Shown here piece after piece: positions 34,808 to 43,959 of a stretch of DNA of 43,959 nucleotides. Within the stretch, counting starts at the first letter, position 1; each line of letters opens with the position of its first letter. Source of the stretch: a virus. The position numbers and the translations under genes were made by a program. The notes beneath the pieces are model-generated. The model was given only the letters and a program-made list of their open reading frames with translations. It did no database searches and had not been told where the DNA came from. The stretch is from the UHGV virus genome UHGV-1376934. The stretch is one strand, 5' to 3'.

Positions 34808-34833
34808 GACGCTAGACGGGCGTCTTATTTTTA
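34806..34833 (+). terminator. Rho-independent terminator AAGACGC-tagacgg-GCGTCTT followed by ATTTTTAT.
   Basis: Perfect 7-bp stem plus T-run, read directly. Confidence 0.55.
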
Positions 34834-34855
34834 TGCCTGGACAGGAGGTGATTGT

Positions 34856-37800
34856 ATGGCAGCAGATGGCAGTCTGAGATTTGATACAAAAATAAATACG
34901 GATGGCTTCGAGGATGGGGTAAGTTCCATAAGGAAGGCAGCTGACCGGTGCGCAAAAGCACTTGAAGCGGCTGGTCAAAGTGCGAATGAGGCGTTCAACA
35001 AATCTACCAGGATTTCATCCCTTGAGAACCAAATTGTACAGACCGAAGAGAAGATACGGAGTCTTGTGTCTGAAATGGAAAAGATGGAGGGAACAAGCGT
35101 CCCGACAGAAGAATATAGGGAACTGTCTGGCCTGGTGGAAAAGACCCAGCTTAAACTGGATGGACTTCTGGACAGACAGGCTAAAATGGAGAGCCAGGGC
35201 GTAAAGCATAACTCATCCCGATGGAAGAGCCTGCAGTATGATATTGACGAAACAACCAGGAAGCTGGATACATACAAAGCCGAGCTGCAGGACACTGTGG
35301 ACCGCGACCGGGCATTTACCTCCGGACAGGAAAGCGCCTCGTATGAAAAGAAGGCTGCCGCACTTGATGGACTGAATAACCGCCTATATGTACAGAAACA
35401 GCGCTTGATAGAACTGATTGAAAAGGAAGGCAGTGCGGCGGATGAGGCAATCAGGCTGAGGGAGATTGCGGAGAATGCCCAGGTAAGCAGCCAGAGGATT
35501 GTTGACCTGAACAAGCGTCTGCAGGAACTGAAAGCACGCCAGAAGGAGCTGCAGTCATCAGGTATTGGTCTGGGGCATCAGGAGTACGACAGTAATGCTG
35601 CTGAAATCGCCCAGATTAATTCAGAATTAAAGGATTATCAGAAATTACTGACGGATACCGGACATGAAACAAGAAAGTTTTCCAAAACAATCCAATCCGC
35701 ATTTTTAAAAGCTGCAAGCGCGGTTGGTAATTTTGCAAAAAGTATTGGTCGAGGTCTGGCCAATAAGGCTAAACAGGCAGTATCCAGCTTGAAGGGCCTG
35801 GGGAAGTCTTCCAACAACGTCAGCAAGAGCATCCTGAAACTATCAAATATGTTTAAGCTCATGCTTATCCGCATGGCGATGAGGGCGGCCATCCAAGGAG
35901 TTAAGGAGGGTATGCAGAACCTGGTGCAGTATTCGGACAGCGCGAACCAGTCCATGTCCGGACTGATGACCAACATGACCTACCTTAAAAATAGTTTTGC
36001 GGCGGCGTTCGCACCCATTCTGTCCTATGTGGCTCCGGTACTTAATACTCTGATTAACCTGCTGGCTACAGCGGTGAGTTATATCAACCAGTTCTTTTCT
36101 GCATTGGGAGGCGGGAGTACATACATCCGGGCCAAAAAGGCCAATGAAGATTATGCAGCCAGTCTTAAAAAGACAGGAGGGGCTGCGAGTGCAGCCGGTA
36201 AAGAGGCCAAGAAAGCCCTGGCTCCATTTGATGACCTTGTACAGATACAGCAGCAGGGCGCGGATGCATCCGGAGGCGGAGGAGGCGGAGCCAGCCCATC
36301 AGATATGTTTGAGACTGTCGGTATAGACAAGGGAATCAGCGATTTTGCCAACCGGCTGAAGGAGATGTTCGCAGCTGGGGATTGGGAAGGAATCGGCCAG
36401 TTGATTGGCCAGAAAATCAATGAAGCAGTACAGAGTTTCACACAGTTTATCAGCTGGGATAACATTGGGGCGCAGATAACTGCATTCGTGACAGCCTTCA
36501 CGACCATGTTCAACAGCCTGGTTGCAACGATTGACTGGTATGCCATCGGCATCATGTTTGGTACCGGCATCAACACCCTGGCCAATACCCTATATCTGTT
36601 ACTCACGCAGATTGACTGGTTCATGCTGGGAAATGCTCTATCGCAAAGTCTTATGGGAATGGTTAATACGGTAGAGTGGGGACTTGTGGGAGCTACTATT
36701 GGGGCTTATTTCCAGGCGCAGATATCCGGTCTGCTGGGATTTATCGTTGGGACTGACTGGGGAGCTATCGGGGCTGCCCTTGCTACCTGCCTCATGGGCA
36801 TTGCGGGGGCAATAGACTGGGTACAGTTTGGATATCTTATAGCTGCGGGGCTTAACGGGGCTTTCGCTCTGCTCCTGGAATTTGCATCCACGTTTGACTG
36901 GACGGAGTTTGGCAATAAGGTGGCAACAGGCATCAGCACATTTTTCCAGACATTCCAGTGGGCGCAGGCCGGAGAGGCCTTGAGCACATTTGTCATTGGT
37001 ATCCTGGACTTTTTGATTACCGTGGTACAGGAGACTGACTGGGCATCCTTCGTGCAGGGCATTGTTGACTGCATTGAGGCAGTGGACTGGATTGGTCTTG
37101 CGGGGAAGATTTACACGTTGTTGTACTCTGCTCTGGGTGTTGCCTTTGGTGCTCTGGCTAACTTCATTGGGACCCTGATAGCGGACGGGTTCGCGGCGGC
37201 GAAGGACTACTTTAACGGCAAGATAGAGGAGTGCGGCGGCAATGTGTGGGAGGGCATGCTTAAGGGCATAACAGACGCTGCCAAGGGCGTGGTCACTTGG
37301 ATTAAGACCAATGTCGTAGACCCGTTTGTAAACGGTGTGAAGGCAGGGTTTGGCATCCATAGCCCGTCAACGGTCATGGCCGGGATGGGGCAGTATCTTT
37401 GGGATGGATTCTGCAACGGCGTCAAGGAGTTCTTCTCCAACCCGGTTGGCTTCATAAAGGCCAACATCACAGACCCGTTCGTGAATGGTATCAAGAGCCT
37501 GCTGGGAATCCACAGCCCATCAACAGTGCTGTCCGGCATAGGTTCCAACACCGTGGCCGGGTTTAACCAGGGTGTGACAAATGAGCAGGCAGCTTCCCAG
37601 GGCGTGATACAGTCCTGGGCGTCCGGCGTAGCCAGCTGGTTTGCCAACAAGTTTGGAATCAGCACCGGGGACTCCACGGAGGCCCGTCAGTGGGCGACAA
37701 GTATCCTGTCCGGATTTAACAATTCGGTCAGCAAGAACTATACGAAGTCCCAGACAGTCATGGAGACCTGGGCAGAGAATGTCAGGAAGTGGTTCGTGGG

Positions 37801-38593
37801 AGCGGATGAGGTGCAGGGCGTGAATGAGTTATCCTGGGCGAAGTTTGCGGACCTTATTATCCAGGCATTCAAGGTCAAAATTGAGGGAAGCCATGTTGAA
37901 ACACAGGCACCAATGGAAACCTGGGCTAAAAATGTGCGTGAATGGTTCTGGGGCGATAGCGACCCGGAGGGCACCGGCGGGATGTATAAGGCATTTTACG
38001 GCATGGCCAGACGCATCAACGAAGGTTTCGCCAATGGAATATCTGACTTTGCGTATATGGCCAAGAACGCCATCAGGAAGTGGGCCCGCGAGGCCATGGA
38101 AGCAGCGGAGGAAGAATTTGACATCAATTCCCCGTCCAAGGAGTTTTACGGTATTGCGGAGTATGTGGTGCGCGGATTTAATAACGGCATTAGTGCTATG
38201 GCGGCATCATCCCGAAGCATAGTCCAGAAATGGCTGGATGGTGTCATGGATGTGTTTAACGGTGTGGAGATGCAGCTGCCTATCGGTATCAACATCCCGA
38301 ACGCAGCATCCTACCTGCCCAGGATGGCCAGCGGAACCGTTGTGCCGCCAAGGGCAGGTGAAATGTCCGCAAGCATGAGGAACACGGCAGGATATGGCCA
38401 GGAGGAGACTTTAAGCGCTTTGATTGCTGAGATGAATGAAAGGATAAGCCGTTTGGAGTCTGAGGGTAACAGGCCGATTCAGATTGTACTGAAAGTGACA
38501 GGGAGTCTGGCGGCAATGGTACGGTTGCTTAAACCAGAACTTGACAAAGAGGCAGCGCGCAAGGGCGTAAGTCTGGTAATTGTAGGAGGTTGA
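34856..38593 (+). CDS. Tail tape measure protein.
   Basis: 1245 aa. N-terminal coiled coil. Central hydrophobic/Gly-rich core. Repeated ...GIHSPSTV... motifs. Position after the chaperones. Confidence 0.85.
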   Translation: MAADGSLRFDTKINTDGFEDGVSSIRKAADRCAKALEAAGQSANEAFNKSTRISSLENQIVQTEEKIRSLVSEMEKMEGTSVPTEEYRELSGLVEKTQLKLDGLLDRQAKMESQGVKHNSSRWKSLQYDIDETTRKLDTYKAELQDTVDRDRAFTSGQESASYEKKAAALDGLNNRLYVQKQRLIELIEKEGSAADEAIRLREIAENAQVSSQRIVDLNKRLQELKARQKELQSSGIGLGHQEYDSNAAEIAQINSELKDYQKLLTDTGHETRKFSKTIQSAFLKAASAVGNFAKSIGRGLANKAKQAVSSLKGLGKSSNNVSKSILKLSNMFKLMLIRMAMRAAIQGVKEGMQNLVQYSDSANQSMSGLMTNMTYLKNSFAAAFAPILSYVAPVLNTLINLLATAVSYINQFFSALGGGSTYIRAKKANEDYAASLKKTGGAASAAGKEAKKALAPFDDLVQIQQQGADASGGGGGGASPSDMFETVGIDKGISDFANRLKEMFAAGDWEGIGQLIGQKINEAVQSFTQFISWDNIGAQITAFVTAFTTMFNSLVATIDWYAIGIMFGTGINTLANTLYLLLTQIDWFMLGNALSQSLMGMVNTVEWGLVGATIGAYFQAQISGLLGFIVGTDWGAIGAALATCLMGIAGAIDWVQFGYLIAAGLNGAFALLLEFASTFDWTEFGNKVATGISTFFQTFQWAQAGEALSTFVIGILDFLITVVQETDWASFVQGIVDCIEAVDWIGLAGKIYTLLYSALGVAFGALANFIGTLIADGFAAAKDYFNGKIEECGGNVWEGMLKGITDAAKGVVTWIKTNVVDPFVNGVKAGFGIHSPSTVMAGMGQYLWDGFCNGVKEFFSNPVGFIKANITDPFVNGIKSLLGIHSPSTVLSGIGSNTVAGFNQGVTNEQAASQGVIQSWASGVASWFANKFGISTGDSTEARQWATSILSGFNNSVSKNYTKSQTVMETWAENVRKWFVGADEVQGVNELSWAKFADLIIQAFKVKIEGSHVETQAPMETWAKNVREWFWGDSDPEGTGGMYKAFYGMARRINEGFANGISDFAYMAKNAIRKWAREAMEAAEEEFDINSPSKEFYGIAEYVVRGFNNGISAMAASSRSIVQKWLDGVMDVFNGVEMQLPIGINIPNAASYLPRMASGTVVPPRAGEMSASMRNTAGYGQEETLSALIAEMNERISRLESEGNRPIQIVLKVTGSLAAMVRLLKPELDKEAARKGVSLVIVGG

Positions 38594-38594
38594 T

Positions 38595-38993
38595 ATGGGT
38601 AGTGTATTTTTGATGGACGGCAAGGCCTATAACGTTGAGGTAGAGAAGGATTCGCTGGAACGGAGTTTTGCCGTTACGGATTCAGAGCAGTCTGGACGTG
38701 CCATGGATTACAACATGGACAGGGACATCATAGGTACCTTCTACAACTACACAATGAAAATTTACCCCAAGATGGACGACCTAGCATCCTATGATGCGTT
38801 TTACAACATCATATCCGACCCAAACTACGCGAGCCATGAGATGACCTTTCCCTATGGCCAGGAGACATTGACCTTCCAGGCTTACGTCAGCCAGGGTAAG
38901 GATAAGCTGCGGATACGAAACGGTAAAAACATATGGGGTATGGATGGGCTGTCCCTGAATTTTACAGCAATGGAACCACAGAGGAGGCGGTAA
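38595..38993 (+). CDS. Small tail tip component (Dit-like position), 132 aa.
   Basis: Immediately after the tape measure. ggaggttgat RBS. Confidence 0.45.
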   Translation: MGSVFLMDGKAYNVEVEKDSLERSFAVTDSEQSGRAMDYNMDRDIIGTFYNYTMKIYPKMDDLASYDAFYNIISDPNYASHEMTFPYGQETLTFQAYVSQGKDKLRIRNGKNIWGMDGLSLNFTAMEPQRRR

Positions 38994-38996
38994 GCG

Positions 38997-41093
38997 GTGA
39001 AGTGGGATGTAAGGGTAGAGACCAATGGACAGCAGCCGTACTCATCTGTGGACGACCTGTCCAGCCTTGAACAAAATATGCCTCCATTTGCTTACTGTTT
39101 GCCCAGATATGCCAAGATGGATGGCACATATAGTAATACGCCGGACATGGTGGAGCAGGGGCAGAAGGGATATATCAGCACGGCGCTCAGCGGCCCTGAG
39201 GGAGTCTTTGAAACACCGCCAATGATTATAGTGACATTTGACCGGTTAAAGACCAGCAATGGTGTATCTGTGGTATGCAACCGGACATCCGGGGATTACG
39301 CCAGCAAACTTAAGATTGCCTGGTACAAGGATTCCGGACTGGTCCAGGAACAGGATTTCAGCCCGGATGGAGTGGAATATTTCTGCCGGGCTAAGGTACC
39401 GCTCTTCAACCAACTGGTGATTACCTTCCTGGAGACAAACCGTCCATACCGTTATCTCTGGCTGTCGGTGCTTAAGAACCAGCGGATGACAGACGCCGGT
39501 GGCCTTAAGATTGTCTATGATGACATTGCCTTGGGGGCTGCAGAGGATAACGAGGTCATATCGGATGACAAGGATTATTACGTAGACCTGCAGGACCTGA
39601 AGGCAGGTGTGGAGTTTCCGGACTATGCCATGTGTCTCCCGAGATATGCCAAGATGGATGGAGGGTATATCAACGCACCGGATGCCTTGGATGATATGGG
39701 ATACGTAAGTGACAGTATATCTGACAGAAATGGAATTTTTGCGAATCCCCCAGCATTGATATTCACGTTCGGGCAGAATTATTCCAGTGTTGGGATAACT
39801 TTGGCGTTTAATGATTATTCTGGAGATTATTGCAGCAAGGTCAACATCAGATGGTACCGGGATGATACCCTGCTGGCTGACCGGATTTACCATCCGGATG
39901 CTGGCAGCTATTTCTGCTACGGAATCGTAGATTATTACAACAAGGTGGTCATTACCTTCCAGGAGACCAGCAAGCCATACCGGAACGTATTCCTGACCGG
40001 GATAACCTGGGGACTCATCCGTGTGTTCAAGGATAATGAGATTGACGATATCAACTGTCTGATGGAGCTGAATCCGATATCCGAAGAGGTAAGCATCAAT
40101 ACCATGGACTACACCATCCGCAGCAAGTCAGAATATGCGTTTGAGTTTCAAAAACGGCAGAAGCAGACGCTATATTTTGACGAGGCAATCATGGGGATTT
40201 TTTATCTGAAAGATGGGAAGCAGCTGGGGGCAAAGCGGTATTCCGTGGAGACTCAGGATGCTGTGGGAATTCTGGATAATAACCAGTTCATGGGCGGTGT
40301 GTATGACGATGCCCTGGTATCAGACATCCTGGCCAGTATCATGGCCGGGGAGGGTATCACATACTTCCTGGATGACTCCTATGTAGATGCGAGGGTAAGT
40401 GGGTACCTACCAATATGTACCAAGCGCGTGGCTCTGCAGCAACTGGCCTTTGCAATCGGTGCCCTGGTAGATACCAGTTACGACCGGCAGCTTTACATAT
40501 ACCCACAGCAGACCGGGGTCACTGGTGAGTTTACGGCCAGGGATATCCGGCTGGGACTATCGGTGGAACACAGTGACATCATAACCGGCATCCGGCTGTA
40601 TGTACACAGCTATACCCAGGGAACGGAATCCGCGCAACTGTATAAGGGGACCCTGGACGGCAACACGAAGATAGAGTTTTCAGAACCTTACTACAGTCTG
40701 TCTGTTACCGGCGGGACCCTTGGGGAGCATGGAGACAATTATGCCTGCATAACTGGCACAGGTAAAGAGGTGGTACTGACCGGGCTTAAGTATAACCACA
40801 GCACAGCTATGCTACTGACAGAAAACCCAAAGATTACTCAGAATAAGAACATTGCCGAAGTTAAGGAGGCAACTCTGGTAACAGCTGCTAATGCCCAGGA
40901 AGTTCTGGACAGGGTATATAGCTATTACAGTAGCAATGAAATCATCAGCTTTCGGGCAGCCATCAACGACCAGGAGCTGGGAAACCGTGTGAATGTATCT
41001 ACTGGTTTCCGGGGGACAATGACAGGCAATATCACGAAGCTGGATTTTAAGTTCAGTCGAAGGAAGATTACAGCGGAGGTGACAGTGAGGTGA
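38997..41093 (+). CDS. Tail tip / tail-associated protein, 698 aa, with a tandemly duplicated N-terminal domain.
   Basis: Two paralogous ~130-aa segments. Both begin ...CLPRYAKMDG(T/G)Y... and end ...(V/I)ITF(L/Q)ET(N/S)(R/K)PYR.... Confidence 0.55.
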   Translation: MKWDVRVETNGQQPYSSVDDLSSLEQNMPPFAYCLPRYAKMDGTYSNTPDMVEQGQKGYISTALSGPEGVFETPPMIIVTFDRLKTSNGVSVVCNRTSGDYASKLKIAWYKDSGLVQEQDFSPDGVEYFCRAKVPLFNQLVITFLETNRPYRYLWLSVLKNQRMTDAGGLKIVYDDIALGAAEDNEVISDDKDYYVDLQDLKAGVEFPDYAMCLPRYAKMDGGYINAPDALDDMGYVSDSISDRNGIFANPPALIFTFGQNYSSVGITLAFNDYSGDYCSKVNIRWYRDDTLLADRIYHPDAGSYFCYGIVDYYNKVVITFQETSKPYRNVFLTGITWGLIRVFKDNEIDDINCLMELNPISEEVSINTMDYTIRSKSEYAFEFQKRQKQTLYFDEAIMGIFYLKDGKQLGAKRYSVETQDAVGILDNNQFMGGVYDDALVSDILASIMAGEGITYFLDDSYVDARVSGYLPICTKRVALQQLAFAIGALVDTSYDRQLYIYPQQTGVTGEFTARDIRLGLSVEHSDIITGIRLYVHSYTQGTESAQLYKGTLDGNTKIEFSEPYYSLSVTGGTLGEHGDNYACITGTGKEVVLTGLKYNHSTAMLLTENPKITQNKNIAEVKEATLVTAANAQEVLDRVYSYYSSNEIISFRAAINDQELGNRVNVSTGFRGTMTGNITKLDFKFSRRKITAEVTVR

Positions 41094-41503
41094 GTACGGT
41101 ATTAGATACATTGATTACTGACAGGACAGCGGCAGACCTTGCGGCAGACCTGGATAAGGTCTATGCGGATTATATTTGTTTAAACCGGGTGGAGGAGGCC
41201 TGTGCGCTTTTGGCAGAGCGTCTGGGGGTAATCATTCAAACGAAAGAATGGAAGATGGAGGATTTTCGGACCGACACAGAGATGACCAGATTACTGAGCA
41301 ACATAAAGGCGCTTCGTTCAGCCTACTATGTCAAGGCCAGTACGCCAGCCAGCCCGGCGAAGATAACGTATGGCAGTATCTATCAGGCAAACGATATCGA
41401 ACAGATACTCAAGGACCTGGGGGATATGTATGACAGCATGGTAAGTGGCCAGCAGCGCCTGGCGTTTAGGCTGGGCATGAGGGTAATAGGAAACAGGAGG
41501 TAA
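41090..41503 (+). CDS. Hypothetical tail protein, 137 aa.
   Basis: Synteny. ATGA overlap. Confidence 0.45.
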   Translation: MSTVLDTLITDRTAADLAADLDKVYADYICLNRVEEACALLAERLGVIIQTKEWKMEDFRTDTEMTRLLSNIKALRSAYYVKASTPASPAKITYGSIYQANDIEQILKDLGDMYDSMVSGQQRLAFRLGMRVIGNRR

Positions 41504-41505
41504 GA

Positions 41506-41949
41506 ATGGCATTAAAAACAGATTACAAGGCAGATGTGTTCGAGGGCAACCGGAAGTATCTGATAAGCCAGGATGGGGAAGGAAAGTCGGAAATCCAGGA
41601 TGTGACTGTATATAGTCAGGAAGGCGATGTTTTCGGGCCAGACGACATTAATCTTACCAACAAGGCAGTAAACGCCCTGAACCATGTTGTTTCCGTCTCA
41701 CTTCCGGTATCCGGATGGAGTGTGGCGGCTCCATACACCCAGACTGTATCAGTAGAGGGGCTGACAGCGGAGGACAGCCCCATTCTGGTAAAGGTGATTG
41801 CGGACGGAGCGACACCGGAGCAGGTGAAAGCGTATAACAAAGCATTCGGGATGATTGACGATGGAGACACGGCAGATGGACAGGCAACATTTAAATGTTA
41901 CAATAAGAAGCCCACGATTGACATGACCGTAGGCTTGAAAGGAGTGTAA
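41506..41949 (+). CDS. Hypothetical tail protein, 147 aa.
   Basis: Synteny. Confidence 0.45.
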   Translation: MALKTDYKADVFEGNRKYLISQDGEGKSEIQDVTVYSQEGDVFGPDDINLTNKAVNALNHVVSVSLPVSGWSVAAPYTQTVSVEGLTAEDSPILVKVIADGATPEQVKAYNKAFGMIDDGDTADGQATFKCYNKKPTIDMTVGLKGV

Positions 41950-41955
41950 AGATAG

Positions 41956-43212
41956 ATGGGAGAAATATTGATGACAGGCGGGAGCGGAGGCGGAACTGGA
42001 AGTGACGAGTGCACAGCCACGCTGGACCATGTACTGGCTGGAGAGACTGCGGTCACATCGGACAGTAATGACGAACCGGGCATCGGACGAATGACGGTCA
42101 ACAGTATAATGTCTTTTAGTGTAGCGCCGTATTCTGGGCGGCGCGTATTAGTAAAATGGCAGAATCCAAACCCCACTCCAGGGAAACCATTTGGTGGGGT
42201 TATCGTTAAATGTATGGCAGGCAGATATCCAGCATGGAATGAACCTGATGCCAACCTTGCCGCGGGATATGCTGGAGTTGGTAGTAATACAGCTCCGGGT
42301 GGTTGGTCACAGGTATTTATGGATATGCCAAATCTCAATACCTTATATTATTTTACATGTTTTGGATATGCAACAACAAGCTTTGGAGATATATGGAGTC
42401 CGGTATATGACCCAGCAACTATCAAGCAAGCAACTGTAGCCACTGGTGGAGTGCAAAATATTACAATTACTGGTACACAGGTATATACAATACCAGATGG
42501 ATTCAGCACTATTGATGTATTCTGTGTTGGGGGTGGAGGTAATGGCAGTGAAGTATCAAGAAATCTTTCATCAACAAACCCATTACATGGCGGAGCTGGA
42601 GGCGGTGGTGGGTATACAAATACTGCCAAAGGTGTACATGTAACTCCTGGACAACAAATAGCCGCTACTGTAGGTGGTGCTTGCGCCGCAACTTCATTTG
42701 GAAATATCTGCTCTGCTGGTGGCGGACAGTCTGGTATAGTGGTTGGCGCCTCAAGAGTGCAGGGAGGAAATGGAGGTTCCGGCGGTGGCGGAGACGGTGA
42801 CGCATGGGGGTATGCCTATCGAAATGGTGGTAGTGGTGGACAAGACGGTGGGAATGGTAGACCTGGAGGAGGAACTGGAGAATATGCATCACAAACATTA
42901 AATCCTGGAACTGGTCAGGGTAGAACCACAAGAGCATTTGGTGAAGCTGGTAATACACTATATTCTGGTGGTGGTGGTTCCGGTAGTGGGTACTGGCAAA
43001 GTGGTAGTTCATCAGAAGGACACTATTGGACCGGTTATTATGGCGGAGTTGGAGGGGCTGGCGGAGGAGGAAATCCAGCTACTAATGGTGGAGCAGGTAC
43101 TGGTGGAGGTGGCGGCGGCCAGAATAGACCATATGGTGACCAATCATATAGACCATACTGTGGACCAGTTGGATACGGTGGCTCAGGAGTAATATTGTTA
43201 AGACTATATTAA
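41956..43212 (+). CDS. Glycine-rich tail-fibre-like protein, 418 aa.
   Basis: Long GGxGG-rich C-terminal half (GGNGGSGGGGDGDAWGY...). Position at the end of the tail module. Confidence 0.6.
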   Translation: MGEILMTGGSGGGTGSDECTATLDHVLAGETAVTSDSNDEPGIGRMTVNSIMSFSVAPYSGRRVLVKWQNPNPTPGKPFGGVIVKCMAGRYPAWNEPDANLAAGYAGVGSNTAPGGWSQVFMDMPNLNTLYYFTCFGYATTSFGDIWSPVYDPATIKQATVATGGVQNITITGTQVYTIPDGFSTIDVFCVGGGGNGSEVSRNLSSTNPLHGGAGGGGGYTNTAKGVHVTPGQQIAATVGGACAATSFGNICSAGGGQSGIVVGASRVQGGNGGSGGGGDGDAWGYAYRNGGSGGQDGGNGRPGGGTGEYASQTLNPGTGQGRTTRAFGEAGNTLYSGGGGSGSGYWQSGSSSEGHYWTGYYGGVGGAGGGGNPATNGGAGTGGGGGGQNRPYGDQSYRPYCGPVGYGGSGVILLRLY

Positions 43213-43230
43213 GTAAGGAGGATGTAAATT

Positions 43231-43536
43231 ATGGTAGCACATGAAGTATACGCATTGGTGCATGATGAAACAATCAGGGATGTTTGTGTTGCATATAGCT
43301 ATGAAGATGCAAACAGGGTTGCAAGGATTGTATATGGTGATACTGCATTTGCCGTTGATTGCATGCAGTACGTTTGTGAGAGGAATGACAAGTATATCAA
43401 TGGTGTATTCCTTAAGGCTGACGGTGTTACAGTAATTGACAGATTGCCAACTGACAAGGAAGAGATCCAGCAGCTAAGGGCAGATAATGCCCAACTTACA
43501 GTGGCTATGGCAGATATCATTGGAGGTGCAGTGTGA
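43231..43536 (+). CDS. Hypothetical protein, 101 aa.
   Basis: aaggaggatg RBS. Confidence 0.5.
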   Translation: MVAHEVYALVHDETIRDVCVAYSYEDANRVARIVYGDTAFAVDCMQYVCERNDKYINGVFLKADGVTVIDRLPTDKEEIQQLRADNAQLTVAMADIIGGAV

Positions 43537-43691
43537 TGAATGAAATATTTAAAGCGATAGTTATTAAGGGGCTCATAATAAGGAAGAATCAAGGAGAGGA
43601 GCCGGCAGACATCCTGGAAGGTTACAGGAACCTGACAAAAGGCGAGAAGGTCGAGATACTGGCGGTCTTGGAAAGGAGCAGTAATGGGTAA
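43536..43691 (+). CDS. Small hypothetical protein, 51 aa.
   Basis: ggaggtg SD 7 nt before ATG. ATG overlaps the upstream TGA. Confidence 0.4.
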   Translation: MNEIFKAIVIKGLIIRKNQGEEPADILEGYRNLTKGEKVEILAVLERSSNG

Positions 43692-43959
43692 GATATGGAT
43701 ACCGGGAGGCGGTGATGGCGCGGACCTGGATGTGATAACAGCAGCGGAATCGGATGTACGAAAAGGGAAAATGATTGTAGATAAGGACGGAAATCCATTG
43801 ACTGGAATCATGGCAGAGATAGCCGCTAAGACTTACACGCCAGGGACATCTAACCAGGTTATTGCGGCTAATCAGTTCCTGGCCGGGGCACAGACTATTA
43901 AGGGGGATGGAAACCTAAATGCAAATAATATTGTTTATGGGAAGCTTGTTTTTAGAGTC
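43684..43959 (+). CDS. Tail-fibre-like protein, constant N-terminal part. It is 3'-partial: it runs off the window edge. It ends ...GDGNLNANNIVYGK followed by the 20-bp core and the start of a third variable cassette (LVFRV...).
   Basis: ATG at 43684 with the frame open to the window end. The junction peptide NNIVYGK is identical to the junctions at the left end of the window. Confidence 0.6.
   Translation, partial: MGKIWIPGGGDGADLDVITAAESDVRKGKMIVDKDGNPLTGIMAEIAAKTYTPGTSNQVIAANQFLAGAQTIKGDGNLNANNIVYGKLVFRV
43925..43944 (+). repeat. 20-bp core repeat, copy 3 (direct), at the end of the constant part of the tail-fibre-like gene.
   Basis: Exact 20/20 match to 1-20. The downstream 15 nt (cttgtttttagagtc, encoding LVFRV) differ from cassettes A and B, implying a third cassette. 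Confidence 0.8.

Noticed and set aside
36638-37360. 240-aa minus-strand ORF inside the tape measure gene.
   Set aside because: Lies entirely antisense within the tape measure protein. The same applies to other antisense ORFs inside long plus-strand genes: 2949-3416, 11041-11862, 14360-15019, 16979-17536, 23270-23833, 24240-24800, 25310-25888, 29827-30306, 30260-30775, 34975-35514 and 39246-39893.
42665-43012. 115-aa His-rich minus-strand ORF.
   Set aside because: Antisense shadow of the Gly-rich (GGT/GGA repeat) region of the fibre gene.
43925-43959. Simple terminal overlap meaning the contig closes exactly on itself.
   Set aside because: Only 20 nt are shared. The next 15 nt differ at about half of their positions, and a direct join gives a nonsensical in-frame read-through. 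It is interpreted instead as a repeated recombination core, with the assembly breaking at the repeat.
1-43959. CRISPR array, rRNA, or diversity-generating retroelement (reverse transcriptase plus template repeat) for the fibre variation.
   Set aside because: No regularly spaced direct repeats and no reverse-transcriptase-like ORF anywhere in the window. The fibre variation is explained by inverted cassettes instead.

Overview
The window reads as an essentially complete temperate siphovirus-type phage or prophage genome of about 44 kb. It appears circularly permuted, so that both window edges fall inside a tail-fibre-like gene system. No CRISPR array, intact tRNA or rRNA was seen.

Gene order, left to right:
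- Alternative tail-fibre C-terminal cassettes A (+) and B (inverted).
- A small XkdW-like gene, XkdX-like tandem genes, holin, a mosaic receptor-binding-like structural protein, and an NlpC/P60 endolysin.
- On the minus strand: a large serine recombinase (integrase), an Ltp-like lipoprotein and a CI-like repressor carrying an S24 peptidase domain. Cro and an ORF6N antirepressor are divergent from these.
- An Erf/SSB/ERCC4-nuclease/CHC2 zinc-finger/DUF927-type primase-helicase replication module, with an iteron-rich candidate origin.
- Zinc-ribbon small proteins and a late-activator-like gene.
- An AT-rich moron.
- TerS, TerL and portal, an HNH endonuclease insertion, a MuF minor head protein, scaffold and major capsid.
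- Head-tail connectors, major tail protein, chaperones and tape measure.
- Tail tip proteins, a Gly-rich fibre, and the constant part of the tail-fibre-like gene.

The most unusual signals, in order of interest:
- A 20-bp core sequence occurs three times (direct at both window ends, inverted at 731-750), each at a constant/variable junction of the tail-fibre-like protein. This looks like a shufflon or Mu G-segment-like switch for the C-terminus. No invertase is visible in the window.
- The MuF minor head protein has a low-GC C-terminal domain with an HExxH motif, followed by a small Cys-rich gene. This matches the layout of a polymorphic toxin with immunity.
- The AT-rich moron carries an unknown 213-aa protein. 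Downstream is a minus-strand mini-operon of two small hydrophobic peptides and a ribbon-helix-helix protein.
- A tRNA-derived fragment with the T-loop sequence GGTTCGAATCC sits next to a 17-bp inverted repeat.
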